A stretch of 64,000 bases of DNA. It comes from Tubiluchus corallicola. Lineage: Eukaryota; Animalia; Priapulida. The stretch is from positions 1 to 64,000 of the forward strand of contig JAQGDQ010000735.1 of NCBI GenBank assembly GCA_030141605.1, in the 5' to 3' direction. This document shows, piece after piece, positions 14,001 through 26,551 of this stretch. The notes below the pieces were generated by a model. It was not told the DNA's origin. It made no database searches and saw only the letters and a list, made by a program, of their open reading frames with translations. Each line of letters opens with the position of its first letter. Within the stretch, counting starts at the first letter, position 1. The position numbers and the translations under genes are program-made.

Positions 14001-17000
14001 TACATGAGAAGTTACACAAACCTGACTGCTTGCTCTTGATAAAGAAAGCCACAGTGTCAAGATTTCTCTGAGCCAGACCTTCCTCCAAAGCTTGAACTGG
14101 ATTTAGAAACTCTGTAGCACCTAGATGCGCTTCACGTGAGAGAGTCTGCAACTCATCTGTTTGTCCGCACACAATCATCTGCATGCAAAAGTTTTTACAA
14201 CTTTTATATAAAATTTTCAAAAAATATTACTCAGTAATAAAATTACTACAGTGTACAACACATTTACCAAAAGCCATATAGTCAGTTAATAGAATTTTTG
14301 ACGTGTGATTTCTACAGAATAATTTAAAAAAAACATCTGTTTGAAATTAGAACATCAGAAGAGTGTGAAATTTATCTCGCGGGTCCCACTAAAGACGTAT
14401 TTGCATGTTGGGCCTGTTTTCCTATTTGCTGGTCAAAGTTTGAGCCATAATATTTGTTTTTAGATTACATGAAACCTGTGCTGATAAAGTAACTACTAAG
14501 CCACTCCACACCCGCCCCACTCTACCCATAAAATAATGATACTATATATTATACAATGTGAAATATCATTCAGTGACTGCCTGGGCTACACTGCTAATAA
14601 GCAAATGTGTCTGGTGCAAAAAATTAAAACTACGAGTGCGGTAAATGTGCACAAAAAAAGACACAAGTAATAAAGTAAAAAATGATATTAGTTACAGCAA
14701 AATACTCCTATCTAAAAAAATAAAGCACACTTTACAAACACAATCTCATAGAAAATAAAATAAAATAAAATAGACTGCTTCGTCTGTGGCTGTGGCATGT
14801 GCATGTACTAACAACTGCACATGAATTTCAACTATAATGCGGACCTTCTTAGCTTACATAGATCGTACATTTGCACGACAAATTCTTTAATTAAAACCAA
14901 AATGTTTTTTAGACTTGTATGCTTTATCAGACTGCAAAATTACTATAATTATAAAGTTAATGAGTGCTGAAAATGCTCGTACATATTGGGAAAAAAGCCA
15001 GGCAGCTGACACAATAATTTTCATGCTTAAATTATGTTATTAATAAAGTCGCATGCTGGCTCGATAATACTGGCAGGTATCACTAATGCCAGCACGTGTG
15101 TTAGGGATCAACAAATAAATACATTAGTAATAAATTCGCATGCTGGCTGGATAATACTGGTAGTCATTTCTGTGCCTTGTATTAGGCATCAATAAATGAA
15201 AAGCGCCACTTCTTTTGTCACTTTACATTACTTGGTAAGTATTCCTTGAGTAATGCTTTAGTGATTAAACATCTTATTCAGCAATTATCTTTAAAATTTT
15301 TATAACTGACGCAAATTGTCATCATTCAGTCCGGAGAGAATTGTTTTGGTTCACTTAGTCAGCTTTGTTTACAATTATGTGATTTGAGTCCGGTAATCAG
15401 GTAACCATTGGACAACGTGTAACTCGCAACCTGGGTAAGTCATTTGGAACAGTGCCTTGCAAAAATGTCACTTTGCAAACAAGGCTTTGAAAGCCAATTC
15501 TTAAAATTTTAGTTCGCACGTTTTTCCAGTTTGTAGTAAGCGCTACAATGCATGCGCAGTTCATTTAAAAATGTAGCTGTGAAAAATGAAACGAAGTGAT
15601 AGTTTTAGTTTTATAGCTTTATTTGTAGATAAATTATAGTTGATTACTTTTTGGTCAAATAGACTCAAAAGCAGAAAGATCTGTAAGTGTTATGGTTTAC
15701 GATAAAAAAGTGAAAAATTTACAAGTTTAATAGAAGCAGAATTCAAAACTGACCACATTTCTGTCAATGCTAGCACTAATACTTCAAGAAAAGAACCATT
15801 TTCAGTGAAACAATTTTCGTATGCCCGTCTTTAAAAGTTCCGAACAAACTCAAATATTTCATATACTACATAATATGCATAACAATATAAAAACTTGCAT
15901 AAGTTTAATGCTATCATTATAAGTAATGATTTTACAGAAACCGCACAGCATGAAACATGTTCAATTGTCCTAATAAATTACTTTTTATACTAAAAGCAAG
16001 CTAATTTAAGATTTGTAGGAAAAGAACCTAATGTTAGTGGCAGGACAAATGCATCAAGGAATTGTTAAGTAATCAAATCAGCGAACATATAAAAATAAAT
16101 GAACTTAAAAATCTTGTTAAAAAGATTCAGGCAAAAATTTGAAAACTAGCAAATCATACATAAAAATTAAAATAATTGGTTTTAAATCAGGATTACCAGC
16201 TCAATATGTGTCTCAGTGGTTGACTTAAGTTTGCCCCTTTTGCTGAGTCACTTTATTTAAATACAGGCTCAAACTCTCACATCAGTGGTAAGTTTTGTCT
16301 AAATACATTTTAAACACTGCTCTCACAATATTATCCTATTCTCTCATAGGATCATCTGTGTATTGCAGAAGCCATGCCAATAGGTAAGCTAGAAAACACG
16401 ATAACATCTAGAAACAGCTAGTGTGCGACAGGAAATGGGGATCCCCTGAGTTCTGAAACTAGCTAATATAGCTCTTCCTGGACAAAAAAGCAATATAGAG
16501 CAATGTAATACTGATACTTACAAAGAAGTGCTGACTTAAACTGTATAATACCATAAGGCTATAACCTGTATAAATACCATACTGAATGACTGAAGACACT
16601 TACACTGTTTAACAGTTCTTCTTCTTCTTTGGTGAAAATAACAGCCGAAAGGGAGCCTTCCGTGATCAAGAACGGGACATTCTTCTGCTTATCAGACATT
16701 ATCAGGTAACCAGGGCCTTCATATCTGTAAATGCAATGACACAAGCTTGTAAGGTTAAATGCAATTTTAAATTTTTAAAGGATAAGCACCGTTAATACTG
16801 GTCAATACTGTTAAGCAATAGACATTGTTAAGAGTTGATGTAAAAACATAATTTGGTATCATAAAAAGAGTTTTATCATTCTCAAGAAAAAAATTGCCAA
16901 AGAAATGAAATAGACTACTTAACTATTAACAATACGACTTTACAGAACAAAAGTGCAAAACTGCATCAATTGACTGCAAAATTAGGCACATTACTGATTT

Positions 17001-20000
17001 GTAAGATGTCCCACTATTAATAAGATAATCAAATTAATATGTATTTAGTTTGTACTGAGAAGTACTAAACACGCATCAGTAAGAAGCTCGTACAATATAA
17101 GGATTTAGTGACTTACAGTATGTTTTTTGTTTAATCAAGTGTTTATATGAGATCAACAATTGGCAAACCAAGATGTGGCACTCAGCAGCAGGGCCTATTT
17201 AATGTTGATGAATTGACAGAGATGTTTTAGTCAAGGTAAAATGTGTATATACAACTTACCTAAGCAGAAAAAATATCGAGGGCAGTATAATGGATAAAAC
17301 AGTTACAATACAAAAATATGTACATCATTATTCTATTAAAACGTTGGAAGACTGGCACATATCACTAACTTCCTGGAAGGAAACTGCAGCTAAAAAACTT
17401 GAACGTTTCCATTGGGAAAAGTATATAATCTGAAAAAAGATCAAAAAAATGTACTAACCTGTACGTACCATGCAGATCCTTGTCACACTCAATGAAGTGC
17501 ACAGCTCCATTGAGACGACGTTTACCGCGATACCAGATGAGTATCTCAGAAGCTTGTAATACATAGAGTTCTATGTCAGTATTGTCAATGTAGCCAGCAT
17601 CAAATGGACAAGCCACTTCATCTGCTAAATTGTGACAGGCAGGACTAGACGACGATGATGAACACGATTCACTAATGTCTTCATCTTTATAAGCAAATGT
17701 CCACTGTGGAAATGAATGTCTGCTAGACACTGGTACTTCCTGTTTATCGATGCCACTTTCAGCGGAGAAGCTGTCTCCCGCCTGTATTTGTTCTTTTAGA
17801 CTAGAGGGGTTATAAGCAAAATATGACGTGAGGTTGACCTTGTACACTGTTTTGCAAGTTGACAATAAGATAAGCCAGTCATGATTTTCGGAGACTACAA
17901 AACTGAAAATTGGTTTACCAGGCAGTAAATCACACACTGGTATAACAGCTAAAGAGCTGTTAGTTTCAGCATGAAATACATCTGTGTTAAGTTAAGCATA
18001 TAACAGTAAGCAGACTAAGATAGTATAACAAGAAAACTGTATCTTACCAACTTTGATGGTTAGATTTAAACTACAGTCATACAAAAAACATATTTGTGGT
18101 TCTCCAAACTAACAGGCATAAGAATTGTATAAAACTAATTATTTACAACCTTAATTTATTATATAAATGCTCCATTGTATTATTAATTAGTCCATTATAA
18201 TTAATGGAACAAATTTTGCATTTTGCATTTTTGCAACATTTGCAGCAAAGCTGTCAATCATTATTGGAATATGGAAAGTTATTAAAGTATTAATTTTTAG
18301 AAAAATAATCACTAAAATTTTTGTGGTCATTTTACTGGTAATTTTTCTAATCTACCTGAGATTCCCTACTTAAATATATAAAATTTATGCAGTATGTCAG
18401 AGAGCACAGTGTGCAATATTCAATGGTGACTCAAACATAGTTTGCACAGTAAGCCAACAAAATTTTTTTTTAATGAATCCAATGATTTTACTACTTTGCT
18501 AAAAATGGGATGATTTTTCAGATCCTACCCCTATGAAGTACAGTAAGTCCTCGCTTAACGACGCTAATGCGCTCCAGCAAAACATGACATTAAGCAAAAT
18601 GACAAAGCCACGTTAAACAGTTTCCATAGAAAGTTATGTAAAAGTGAGATAAGTTCCAGAGGAAAACGTCAATGTTGCTTAGTTCATATAAATTAAACGT
18701 TTTAGGAGTTTATTCATATTTCTATTGCTTGATTTCTGTCTATTTGCTTGAAACTACCTACATTTCTTACCGCTACTTAGTGGTATCTCTTTCCTTAACT
18801 TTGAAGCCCAACACAATTAGTGGTCAAACACTACATTGAGAAAATTTTGTCCAGATGCCTGTTGCTATAGCAACAAGTTGTAGGCAAATTTTCTACATGC
18901 ATATTGCATAAAGACTTAGTTTGTATACAGGTGCCTAAAGGCATATAAATATCAAACATATCTCGCTTGATACAAACGGTTAACATTAAATTTCAGCAGT
19001 CATTAGGGAAACAAAAACATAAATAATTGTACTATTTTGCGTTACTAGTACATTTTTAGAACAGAATAATGCAAAACATATTGTTTTAATATTTCAAATT
19101 AGGTAAAAAAGTTGTTGATAAAAAATTGCTTCGACCAAAGTAAAAAAATTGTCACTAAAACGAAAAAAGTGTTAAATGTTCAGCGTCATTAAAAAGACAG
19201 GAAAAGTAAATGGGGAATCGTTAAGAGAGGAATTACTGTACGGTAAAAAGTATACATTTTAACACATATAATAATGCTAAAATGATTCTGAAACTTAGCT
19301 TAGAAACTTAATTAACAGGCGATGAGCACAGTTAGCAAATGACATCACAATTTAACATAATATTTCAAATGGCAAAAATGTAATGTGACCATGTTGCACA
19401 TGCTTACAAGAGCAAAAATTAAAATACAGTGCTACTGTACAGTACTGACTATGATTTACAACAAACGGGCAAATTTTCAAGTTAAAAATTTAAATTAAAA
19501 GCTTATTGTTGTGCCAACATGTGATTTCGCCACAAATGGGTGTCACGCTAAGACGGAACTTAGAGACACGGCACTTGTTTTTCTCGTACTGACCACATCA
19601 CCGAGATGCAGGTGCTGTGTTCATCTAACTAGCAAAATGCCATTTAATGGCGTGAATGTAAAATTAAACTTCAGTGCTAATAATTCTTTCATGTCAATCA
19701 TTCTTGAAAAAACAATATTTTCCTTTAAATGCATGTGGTTTAATACTGGGTCCAGTTTTGCTTCCAAAAGGATACAAATTATCCCACATTCGGACAAAAT
19801 GTACAGTACATTTTCAGTAACGTGAGCGTAAATAACTCTGGATAATACGGTTTCACTGCTACTTGCTGGTGAAGGAATCTGGTAAACTGCTGAAAGACTC
19901 AGATCTGCTGCAGAACCATCAAATTCTACCCTCAGCACAACATCACTCACAGTAAGATAGACATGCTCAGCAGCAAACTTTATGATTTTTACATCTGTTT

Positions 20001-23000
20001 CGCTATACTGACCATCTGGATAATATAAAAATAATCTGTAAATGTGCCATTCAAACTTTGGTGTTATATAAAGGTAATGACTGCACTCAAATCTCGGTTT
20101 GAGTGTAGACCTCGCTTTTATGGATATTTGAAGATGGGGCAAAATCTGGACCATTAAAAAGTCCCGCAAACTACGGACTTAGTCCGCTAGTTGGCAGGCC
20201 GTCACTTTGTTTACATCATAACATCAGTGCAACCACATACATATTTCTATAAGTGTGCTTGCAAACCAAAATCATCCATAAGTCGGCATAGTTAAAACTA
20301 TGTTATGATGCTTCAAAGTAGAATGCATCAAAAATTTGGTTAAATGTCAATTTTTTGTTTTTTATAAAAACAAACTCTAAACATATTGGAGTTTCATAAC
20401 CTAGCATCAAATTATTAAGAAAGTGTTAAAAAATACGAAGAGTTTAACTTTATAACCCCCTACCCACTTTTCTGGCTAGAAACTAGTAAAGCAATTTCTA
20501 TTTGTATTTTCAAACATCTGTATGGTAGCTAATGGAAATGGTCATTTTGCTTCGGATTGTTTCTGTAGCCAAGCCAAGATCGTCGTCAGGAAGAGCCATA
20601 CATTGCATTTAAACATAATTTCAATGAGTTCTTGGAAAGTTTATAGCAACCAACATTTGTGCGGTTGCTAAGTGTTTTTGTAGAAATGCGACAAAAAACA
20701 ATAGCGAACTTTAACAGTGATTTTTTTCAAGATTATGTGTTTCAGTGCATAGCCTGCACCCCAACTTCAACGTGGATTAACTCAGCTTAGAAGTAACATA
20801 GAGCAATGAACTTGGTACCAAAATGATTCTCATGAAATAGAGATTCAGAGTACATCGATAACTGGAAAAACGTAATTAACGACTTATGGACAATCTTGCT
20901 ATAAAAGCACACATGTATAAAAATATAGAGTCAATTACGCAGAGTTATTTGAGTCAACAGTTTTTATATACTTTGCATAGGGAGCAGCCGTACTAGACGT
21001 TTTTGAGACATTTAGGTGATTGATTCTACATTACCCTGAGTCTAATACAAGGTGCCTACTGTATTAGCTTAGTATCGGTAAATACGGACAATCGACCGCT
21101 TTTGTCCGGCAAACTGAGATATGAGTGTATTTAAAATTTACAGAAATAATGAAATAATTAAGAAGTTAATTTGACATAAGTGGTAAGAAGTGAGAGTGAT
21201 AAGTATTTCGTTACATATTTTGATGATTGAACTATGATGTTTTAATGGTGATTTTCAGGTCATTACTATACACTTGTTTGCTTTTGTTTCATATTCTTTG
21301 GCTCTATTCAGTGTTGGTATTTCCTTAATATTCTCTTGAGACTTTCTTTCTCTATGTGTGTATGAATATATATCCACTCTGAACATCAATTTAGAACACT
21401 ATAAAGTTCTCCATCCTAAATGATCATTATGGTACTCTTCTGTGCAATTAACAATGTACATTATCATATAAATATGTAGTTATTGCTGTTTGCTTGTTGC
21501 TGCATTGACAGGTAATTCAAATTCATAACTATTTAAAATGTTTAACTCTTTGAGGCTCACTCAAAGTTGTAATTACATATTATGTTTTCCTTTCTCAACT
21601 TTCAGTTTTATTGCTTTTATACCATTGCTATTATTACATTATTTACTTCATCCTTATTTACATTATTAAGTTATCAACAGAAATATGCATAATTATAATA
21701 ATTTTTCATTTAAGTAAGGTGAGTGTTTTAATGACCGTATGGTCATACATTCACCTCGCACTACACAAATTATTTTATTTTAAATTTATTGATGTGTTTG
21801 ATATTGTATTTTCTGATAGTGTGAAACAAAACTTCATAGTTCATAGTTCACATGTACTTCGAAATGGTACCTTATGCATAGAAATTGCTGCAATCACAAC
21901 ATCAGCTATTAATGCCTATTTCGTAATGTCTTTTGCAACAGAGTTTTTGTTAAAACATTAGGTGATGATGAACATAATACAAGAATTTAAATAGAAACAC
22001 AAGCTTGGAACTAGCTAACTAATATTTTCATTTTTTTGCACATCTTCTATGGGTAGGCCAAGAAACTATGCCTTTGCAAACAGATTGAAAAACTATAACT
22101 TATGAAATCTATAAGCACGACTAGTTATTAACCAGAGAACAATTATACAAGGTGTAAAATTCAAATATATCAAAGTTCTTCCATTTTACTGTTAAAGTGT
22201 GATAAGCTCATTTAAGATTTGGTAAAAACTAAAAGTGAGGGAGACAATCACAATCATGTGTAAGAAGCTCTATGTACTGGACAGTGCTGCCCTCTGAGGC
22301 CAGCAGTGCAGTTACCTCTACTTACCTGTAAGGTGATTTCATGGTTGATGACTTTAGGTACCTGGCTTTGTGAAATGCTGCAGACGCTTGGCCTTGATAT
22401 GTTGGGTCTGGTCACATGTAATTTATAGATTTGTGTCTTGTTAACTAAATTATTATTTCCTGCTGTCTGCAGTTGCAATTGGTGTTTATTGTCTGTCACA
22501 GTTTTCTAATGGTGCTCTAATGTTTGGGCAAGGATGTAAGTTGCTTTTATTTAATTTAATAATTTTTGCAGTTTTGATTAGCTACTGAAATTAACTGTAT
22601 ATGTGAAATGTTACTTTATGTAATTTGTTTGTGTATGTACTAATTTGGAGTTATTATATTCATAAAATATGCAACAATTTACTTATTTACATTTCTATAT
22701 TCTTAACAGAATAAACAACTAATGTACACACTTATGTCTGGACTTGATGTTTGGATTGGAGTGTTTGAGCATTCTTGGTCATTCTTGATGAAATGGGTCA
22801 TGCATGCTACACTCTATTTTGTTATTTTTAAAGAGACACAGTACTGCAAGTTAATTAGAACCGATAATAGCTGATACTACAAATGGTAAAACTTCTTGCA
22901 AGACAGTGTAAAATTGTACCAGCCTGTTGATCTACAGTACGATATGCTCACCTGGTTTACATTTTGTAAGCATGTTCAGCAAATCTGAACAAGCACATAA

Positions 23001-23775
23001 TGCAACTGAACGTATCTGGTGGCCTTCATTATTCTGCTGCACTATTTCGTTGATAGAAAGTCTTGATTTGTTGTCAATGGCAGCGAATCTAATGTGATCC
23101 ACAGCAGGTTGCTGAAACTCAATTCTGGAAAAAATTATTGTTTTATTATTACACAATTTAACTGAAACTAGCATTAGCAGTAAGCATGCTTAAACACAGT
23201 AGACAGGCATCACGGACCTAAATATTCAGAATAATTATTTATTACTGAAAATGTATCTAGCGAAATAGTTTAATTCGTTTAATTTTAGGATTAGTTGGCA
23301 GCACTTTAACGATGGTCTCTTTCCCTTCTGAGAATCTCTAAGTATCTGGGTAGGTACAAGCTGAATTTACTGCAAGCCTATCCAATTTCTGTATCTCAAC
23401 ATCTGCACCCAACCACTCTCTAACTTTTGAGGCTTGGTTAATTCTCATCATTTCTTCCTTTAATTTCTCTTCCTTTCTCTGTTTTCACCATGCAATTCAT
23501 TTGAAAAATGTCAAAAGTTACCCTTCATAATTTTCCAAATTTGATAATCTCTTGGATAGAGAATCGGAATGACAGCGATAAATTTGATCACCAGTTTTCG
23601 CGACATAAACAGTGTGGTATTTCCAGTTCAATAAAACTAATTCACCACTATTGTAATGAAAGACCGCCGTTTTTAAATTAGGGCATAGATTTGTTTTTAC
23701 CAGACCGTAAATTTCGAATTTTATTCTAAAAGTTTGCAAAGTTTTAAGAACTCCTAATTTCTTATCAACTTCCAT
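2072..23775 (-). CDS. SPG11: Spatacsin (SPG11) orthologue, N-terminal part, exons 1-17 (~1114 codons); no stop codon reached, last exon ends at a phase-1 donor
   Basis: Exons (high->low): 23775-23522, 23124-22952, 20015-19776, 17981-17459, 16724-16604, 14178-14022, 12980-12820, 11880-11644, 11049-10870, 10093-9885, 8702-8497, 7582-7366, 6631-6431, 5725-5631, 5317-5169, 4015-3872, 2147-2072. All are GT-AG bounded and phase-compatible. Peptides are collinear with human spatacsin as recalled: ALEEGLAQRNLDTVAFFIKSK (human ALEAGIENRQLDTVNFFLKSK), EVIRDAILSNRVP..AKQLLTNMGFD (EEVIASAILNNKIP..ASELLKNMGFD), FHKQFINYCIEH (FHSQFILYCLEH), LKIALALYPKLRATLFP..SDITVYQLLQ (LKMALTPYPKLKTALFP..SDITIYHLIQ), GNCPFDISKLFHWQTSN (PFDPSRLFGWQSAN). 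The first two exons rest mainly on splice phase, not motif recognition. Confidence 0.9.
2341..3436. mobile_element. MITE family A, copy 1 (host of a nested MITE)
   Basis: Ends GTGTGCTTGC..TCCATAAGTCGGCA / TGCCGACTTATGGA..GCAAGCACAT. An uninterrupted homologous copy lies in inverted orientation at 20253-20912. Confidence 0.8.
2747..3202. mobile_element. pogo/Tigger-like MITE nested in family A
   Basis: TIRs CAGCGATACCTCGAGATACGAAA / revcomp CAGTGGAACCTCGACTTACAAAA, flanked by TA and TG (degenerate TA target duplication). Absent from the copy at 20253-20912. Confidence 0.75.
3696..3833. mobile_element. Short foldback element with internal telomere-like (CCCTAA variant) repeats, copy 1
   Basis: TIR AGTTTACAGTTCCTCAC / GTGGGGAATTGTAAACT around degenerate TAACCC/TAATCC repeats. 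A second copy lies at 29814-29911. Confidence 0.7.
4062..4464. mobile_element. MITE family B (TIR AATAAGCCTTTTCACAG), copy 1
   Basis: AATAAACCTTTTCACAGTT..AACTGTGAAAAGGCTTATT. The internal GCAGTTGCTGyAGGTCAAAGGTTAA is shared with three other copies. Confidence 0.8.
7948..8472. mobile_element. hAT-like non-autonomous element
   Basis: CAGGGT..ACCCTG ends, flanked by TGTAAATC / TGAACATC (6/8 match, degenerate 8-bp target duplication). The interior is CpG-rich compared with the host intron. Confidence 0.55.
8847..9400 (-). mobile_element. LINE-like 3' end with terminal (TTCATAG)n repeat and hairpin, copy 1
   Basis: Inverted homologue of 21240-21850. Stem AGGTGAGTGT..ACACTCACCT and a (CTATGAA)n tail with a local duplication. 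The far boundary is approximate. Confidence 0.6.
11933..12395. mobile_element. pogo/Tigger-like MITE family C, copy 2 (shorter, degraded)
   Basis: CAGCAAGTCCTCGCTCAATAACGCTAATG..GTCGTTAAACGAGGAATT; internal blocks shared with 18541-19238. Confidence 0.7.
13879..13948. mobile_element. hAT/Charlie-like terminal fragment
   Basis: GCGACCC..GGGTCGCGACCCCAAGTTTGGGAACCCATG resembles a typical hAT MITE end. The other end was not found. Confidence 0.4.
17982..19775 (-). other. U12-type (minor spliceosome) GT-AG intron, SPG11 intron 3
   Basis: The 5' splice site reads |GTATCCTTT, the U12 consensus. The 3' end reads TGCTTAAC-TTAACACAG|: a branch-point-like TCCTTAAC variant close to the AG, with no polypyrimidine tract. 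Splicing gives GIIY|VFH, matching human GWIYIFD. Confidence 0.8.
18541..19238. mobile_element. pogo/Tigger-like MITE family C, copy 1
   Basis: TA|CAGTAAGTCCTCGCTTAACGA..TCGTTAAGAGAGGAATTACTG|TA: TIRs plus a perfect TA target duplication. It sits inside the U12 intron. Confidence 0.82.
20253..20912. mobile_element. MITE family A, copy 2
   Basis: Same TIRs and internal sequence as 2341-3436, in inverted orientation, without the nested insert. Confidence 0.8.
21240..21850 (+). mobile_element. LINE-like 3' end with (TTCATAG)n tail, copy 2
   Basis: Homologous to 8847-9400 in the opposite orientation; ends in CTTCATAGTTCATAGTTCA. Confidence 0.6.
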
Positions 23776-24205
23776 CTCGCTTCGTCTTCATATCAAGGCG
23801 ATCTCTTCAATTATAACATCTAGAAAACGGGAAATTCAAAGATCTCTTGTATTGCCGAAACACGTTTTCAACTTTTGATTATGCCGGCTTTGCTGATGCT
23901 GATGAAATGGTCAAAGAATATAACAAACCAGGATCTGTATAACAAAGTTAAGGCAGAGGAATGGACAGTTAAAATCAAGAAGTACAATAGTCTTATTTGT
24001 CGACATAGTAGTGCCTCGCTCACCTTCTTGATAAGTAAACCCTGATTTCCGTCTCTTGCACCAATCTCTCATCCACCTAATAGTAATACTATATAATAGC
24101 TGTCCAGAGCACACCCTTGTCCAGTTGTTCGTTGTTGGTTTACTCTCCTTCTAATATACCGACTGGTATTAAAATAGGAGGTTTTTCGAACGCAGTTCTG
24201 AATAG

Positions 24206-24480
24206 AATTTATGTTTGAAATTATTTACTTTATTTGCGCTCACTAATGATTCCGGTAATGAGTTCCACAGTATTACTTCGGCTTTTGAAAAACTATGCCG
24301 ATACGTTTCAGCATTAACCCCATGCTTGTACAATTTAACACTATGCCCACGTGTAATGCTTCTGTCGAGTGGAAAACCTGGTTTGCATTGATGTCAGTAA
24401 ATCCCTTAAGAATTTTGAACATTTCAATAAGTCCCCCCACGTCTTATTGTTGAAAGTCGATACAAGTCTAATTTTTGCAG
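24206..24480 (-). mobile_element. CR1-type LINE ORF2 C-terminal remnant
   Basis: Frameshifted minus-strand translation: LQKLDLYRLSTIRRG(D)LIEMFKILKG..TRGHSVKLYK..LWNSLPESLVSANKVNNFK. These are the RGDLIEVYKI / TRGH / WNSLP motifs of CR1 ORF2. Confidence 0.75.
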
Positions 24481-24922
24481 TTTCGCTGTTTGCTTATTGG
24501 CGCAACAAAAGCACAGCACACTGGTGTTTACCTAGTGACTAGTATATACTTTCTAAAAGCACAATATTGTTCCTGTAGTGTGTATGCTCAAGAGCTTCTT
24601 ATTATAAGGCACAAGTAAGAAGTTTGCGGGTTGATGATAAGAAAGTCTATGTTTCTTAGCATAGGGTATCAAGTTTATGATGGAGGTGGAGCTAAGGAAT
24701 AAGGAAAGAGCTTCTGGGTGGAAGCTAATGGTAATAATATTAAAATTACGTTCTTATAGTGCCTCTGCAGTTACATTATGTGAGTTACGGTCACCGTCAC
24801 ACAGTCTGGGATCTATTTGCAGTTATATTAATTTAAAGACGTTTACACAAATAGTTCTCTGCTTGCCTATCTTGTGGTAACCTAAGACATATATCTTTAA
24901 CTTTAGTCATCTCCAAATGCAT

Positions 24923-25282
24923 AAAACCCATTCTCTGGAACGAGGGATTGCAGTTTTTTTATTAGGACAAAGTAGATATGGCAACACCAGCATGGCTCAC
25001 TTCCTCAGAGATCAACAGTAACTAATTTACCTTCTTGCTTTCAAGAATAACTAGACAGACTGGTTCAATGACTCCTCGCTGCCATGTAATAATGTTCTGT
25101 ACAAAAGCCATTCTCTGGAACAAGGTATTGTGGTTTTTTTTATTAATACAAAGTAAATATGGCAGAACCAGCATGGCTCACTTCCTCAGAGATCAACAGT
25201 AACTAATTTACCTTCTTGCTTTCAAGAATAACCAGATAGACTGGTTCAATGACTCCTAGCTGCCATGTAATAATGTTCTGTA
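24923..25282. repeat. ~180-bp direct tandem duplication within the CR1 remnant
   Basis: 24923-25102 and 25103-25282 are near-identical (AAAAsCCATTCTCTGGAAC..CCATGTAATAATGTTCTGTA). Confidence 0.85.
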
Positions 25283-25900
25283 TCTTGACTTTAAGAAGCC
25301 TTTCGACTCTGTGCCGCATCAACATCTTTTGGTGAAGATGGAATATGCAGGAATAAGAGGCAGCCTTTTCACACATGTGGTTTCAGTACTTACTTCTTGA
25401 CAACTGCCTTCTACATGTGGTCTTAAATGGCATAAGCGCAAGTTGGAAATATGTCTGCAGTGGCATACTTCATTGCACCCTCAGTGGCCATACTGTCCTA
25501 TATAGGACAACAGTGATAGGTGTATGCTACAATTTGGTGTCAACAAGATTGGAAAATAGTGTGAAGGATGGTTATTGGAGTCTAAAAAAAAGCAAGAGCC
25601 ATCTTTTTTGTGTCTGTCCTAAGAGACAAACTCCATATTATCTTAAAAACTAACCCGTTGAGGATAAATCATCTGTTAAAGATCTTGGCTTCACAATAAT
25701 GAATGATTTATCGTGGAATGACCACATAAGCAAAATCATTTCACAAGCAAGTTATTGCATAGTGTATGATCAAACGTTTCACATCCAAGAAAGCTTCGGT
25801 AATCATTCCGCTTTACAAAGCTTTGTGCGCCCAATTCTTGAAAATGCTTCAGTAGTCTGATCACCACTGTATTCCACTCTTAAAGCCTCTTTGGAAAACG
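24923..25900 (+). mobile_element. Degenerate CR1-type LINE reverse transcriptase fragment
   Basis: QHGSLPQRSTVTNL, LYLDFKKPFDSVPHQHLLVKMEYAGIRG, VKDLGFTIMNDLSWNDHISKI and LYKA-VRPILENASVV*SP, with stops and frameshifts. Confidence 0.85.
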
Positions 25901-26551
25901 AACAAAAGTGCCCAGAGTGACCAATACCATAAATGGGGTGATATATAATTTTGTGCAGAGTGTGTAGTGTATCTACCAGAATAGCACTTCAATAGATGGT
26001 TACTTTTCATGTTTTAGCAAATGAAAAACTATAATTCGTAATCAACAAAATTAATCAATGAGTTGTCGATTGGCATTTTTGCCCATGGAATCTTAACGAA
26101 CTTGTTTTAACAATATTTGCTTAACAAAAGGCTTTGCTATATTGTATTGCCATCATTAAAGTATTATTGTATTAAATTTATTGCCATAATCTTACTGTCA
26201 AAATTATGTTAATGATGTTACAAACCAGTATTGGGTAGGAGCGTCGCAAAATTTAGCACTCTAATTTTTTCAGTAATATTAGCAAAGCGTGGTTTTAGTT
26301 TTCAGATGTAGCCACCTAAAAGTAATGCGCAGTCATACTAAGAGCAAGCAGCTCTCCCCCTTCTACATCTTATACTCTACTTTTTTATTATAACCGAAGC
26401 CCATTCACTGCACAAAAAGTCAAGGTATTTAGCTAGTATTGTACATTTTTGTGAGTAACTTTTAAATGTACCTAGCTACTTTGTCAATCTATTAGCCGTA
26501 GCTTAGCTGACTGCAATTTTTTGTAGCTTACCTAATACGGTCACAAACCCA

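Noticed and set aside
22254-22499. Minus-strand 81-aa ORF with a strong CAG|GTAAGT donor in SPG11 intron 2
   Set aside because: The donor is phase 0 in the open frame while the intron is phase 1; exons 2 and 3 join in frame without it; no recognisable homology.
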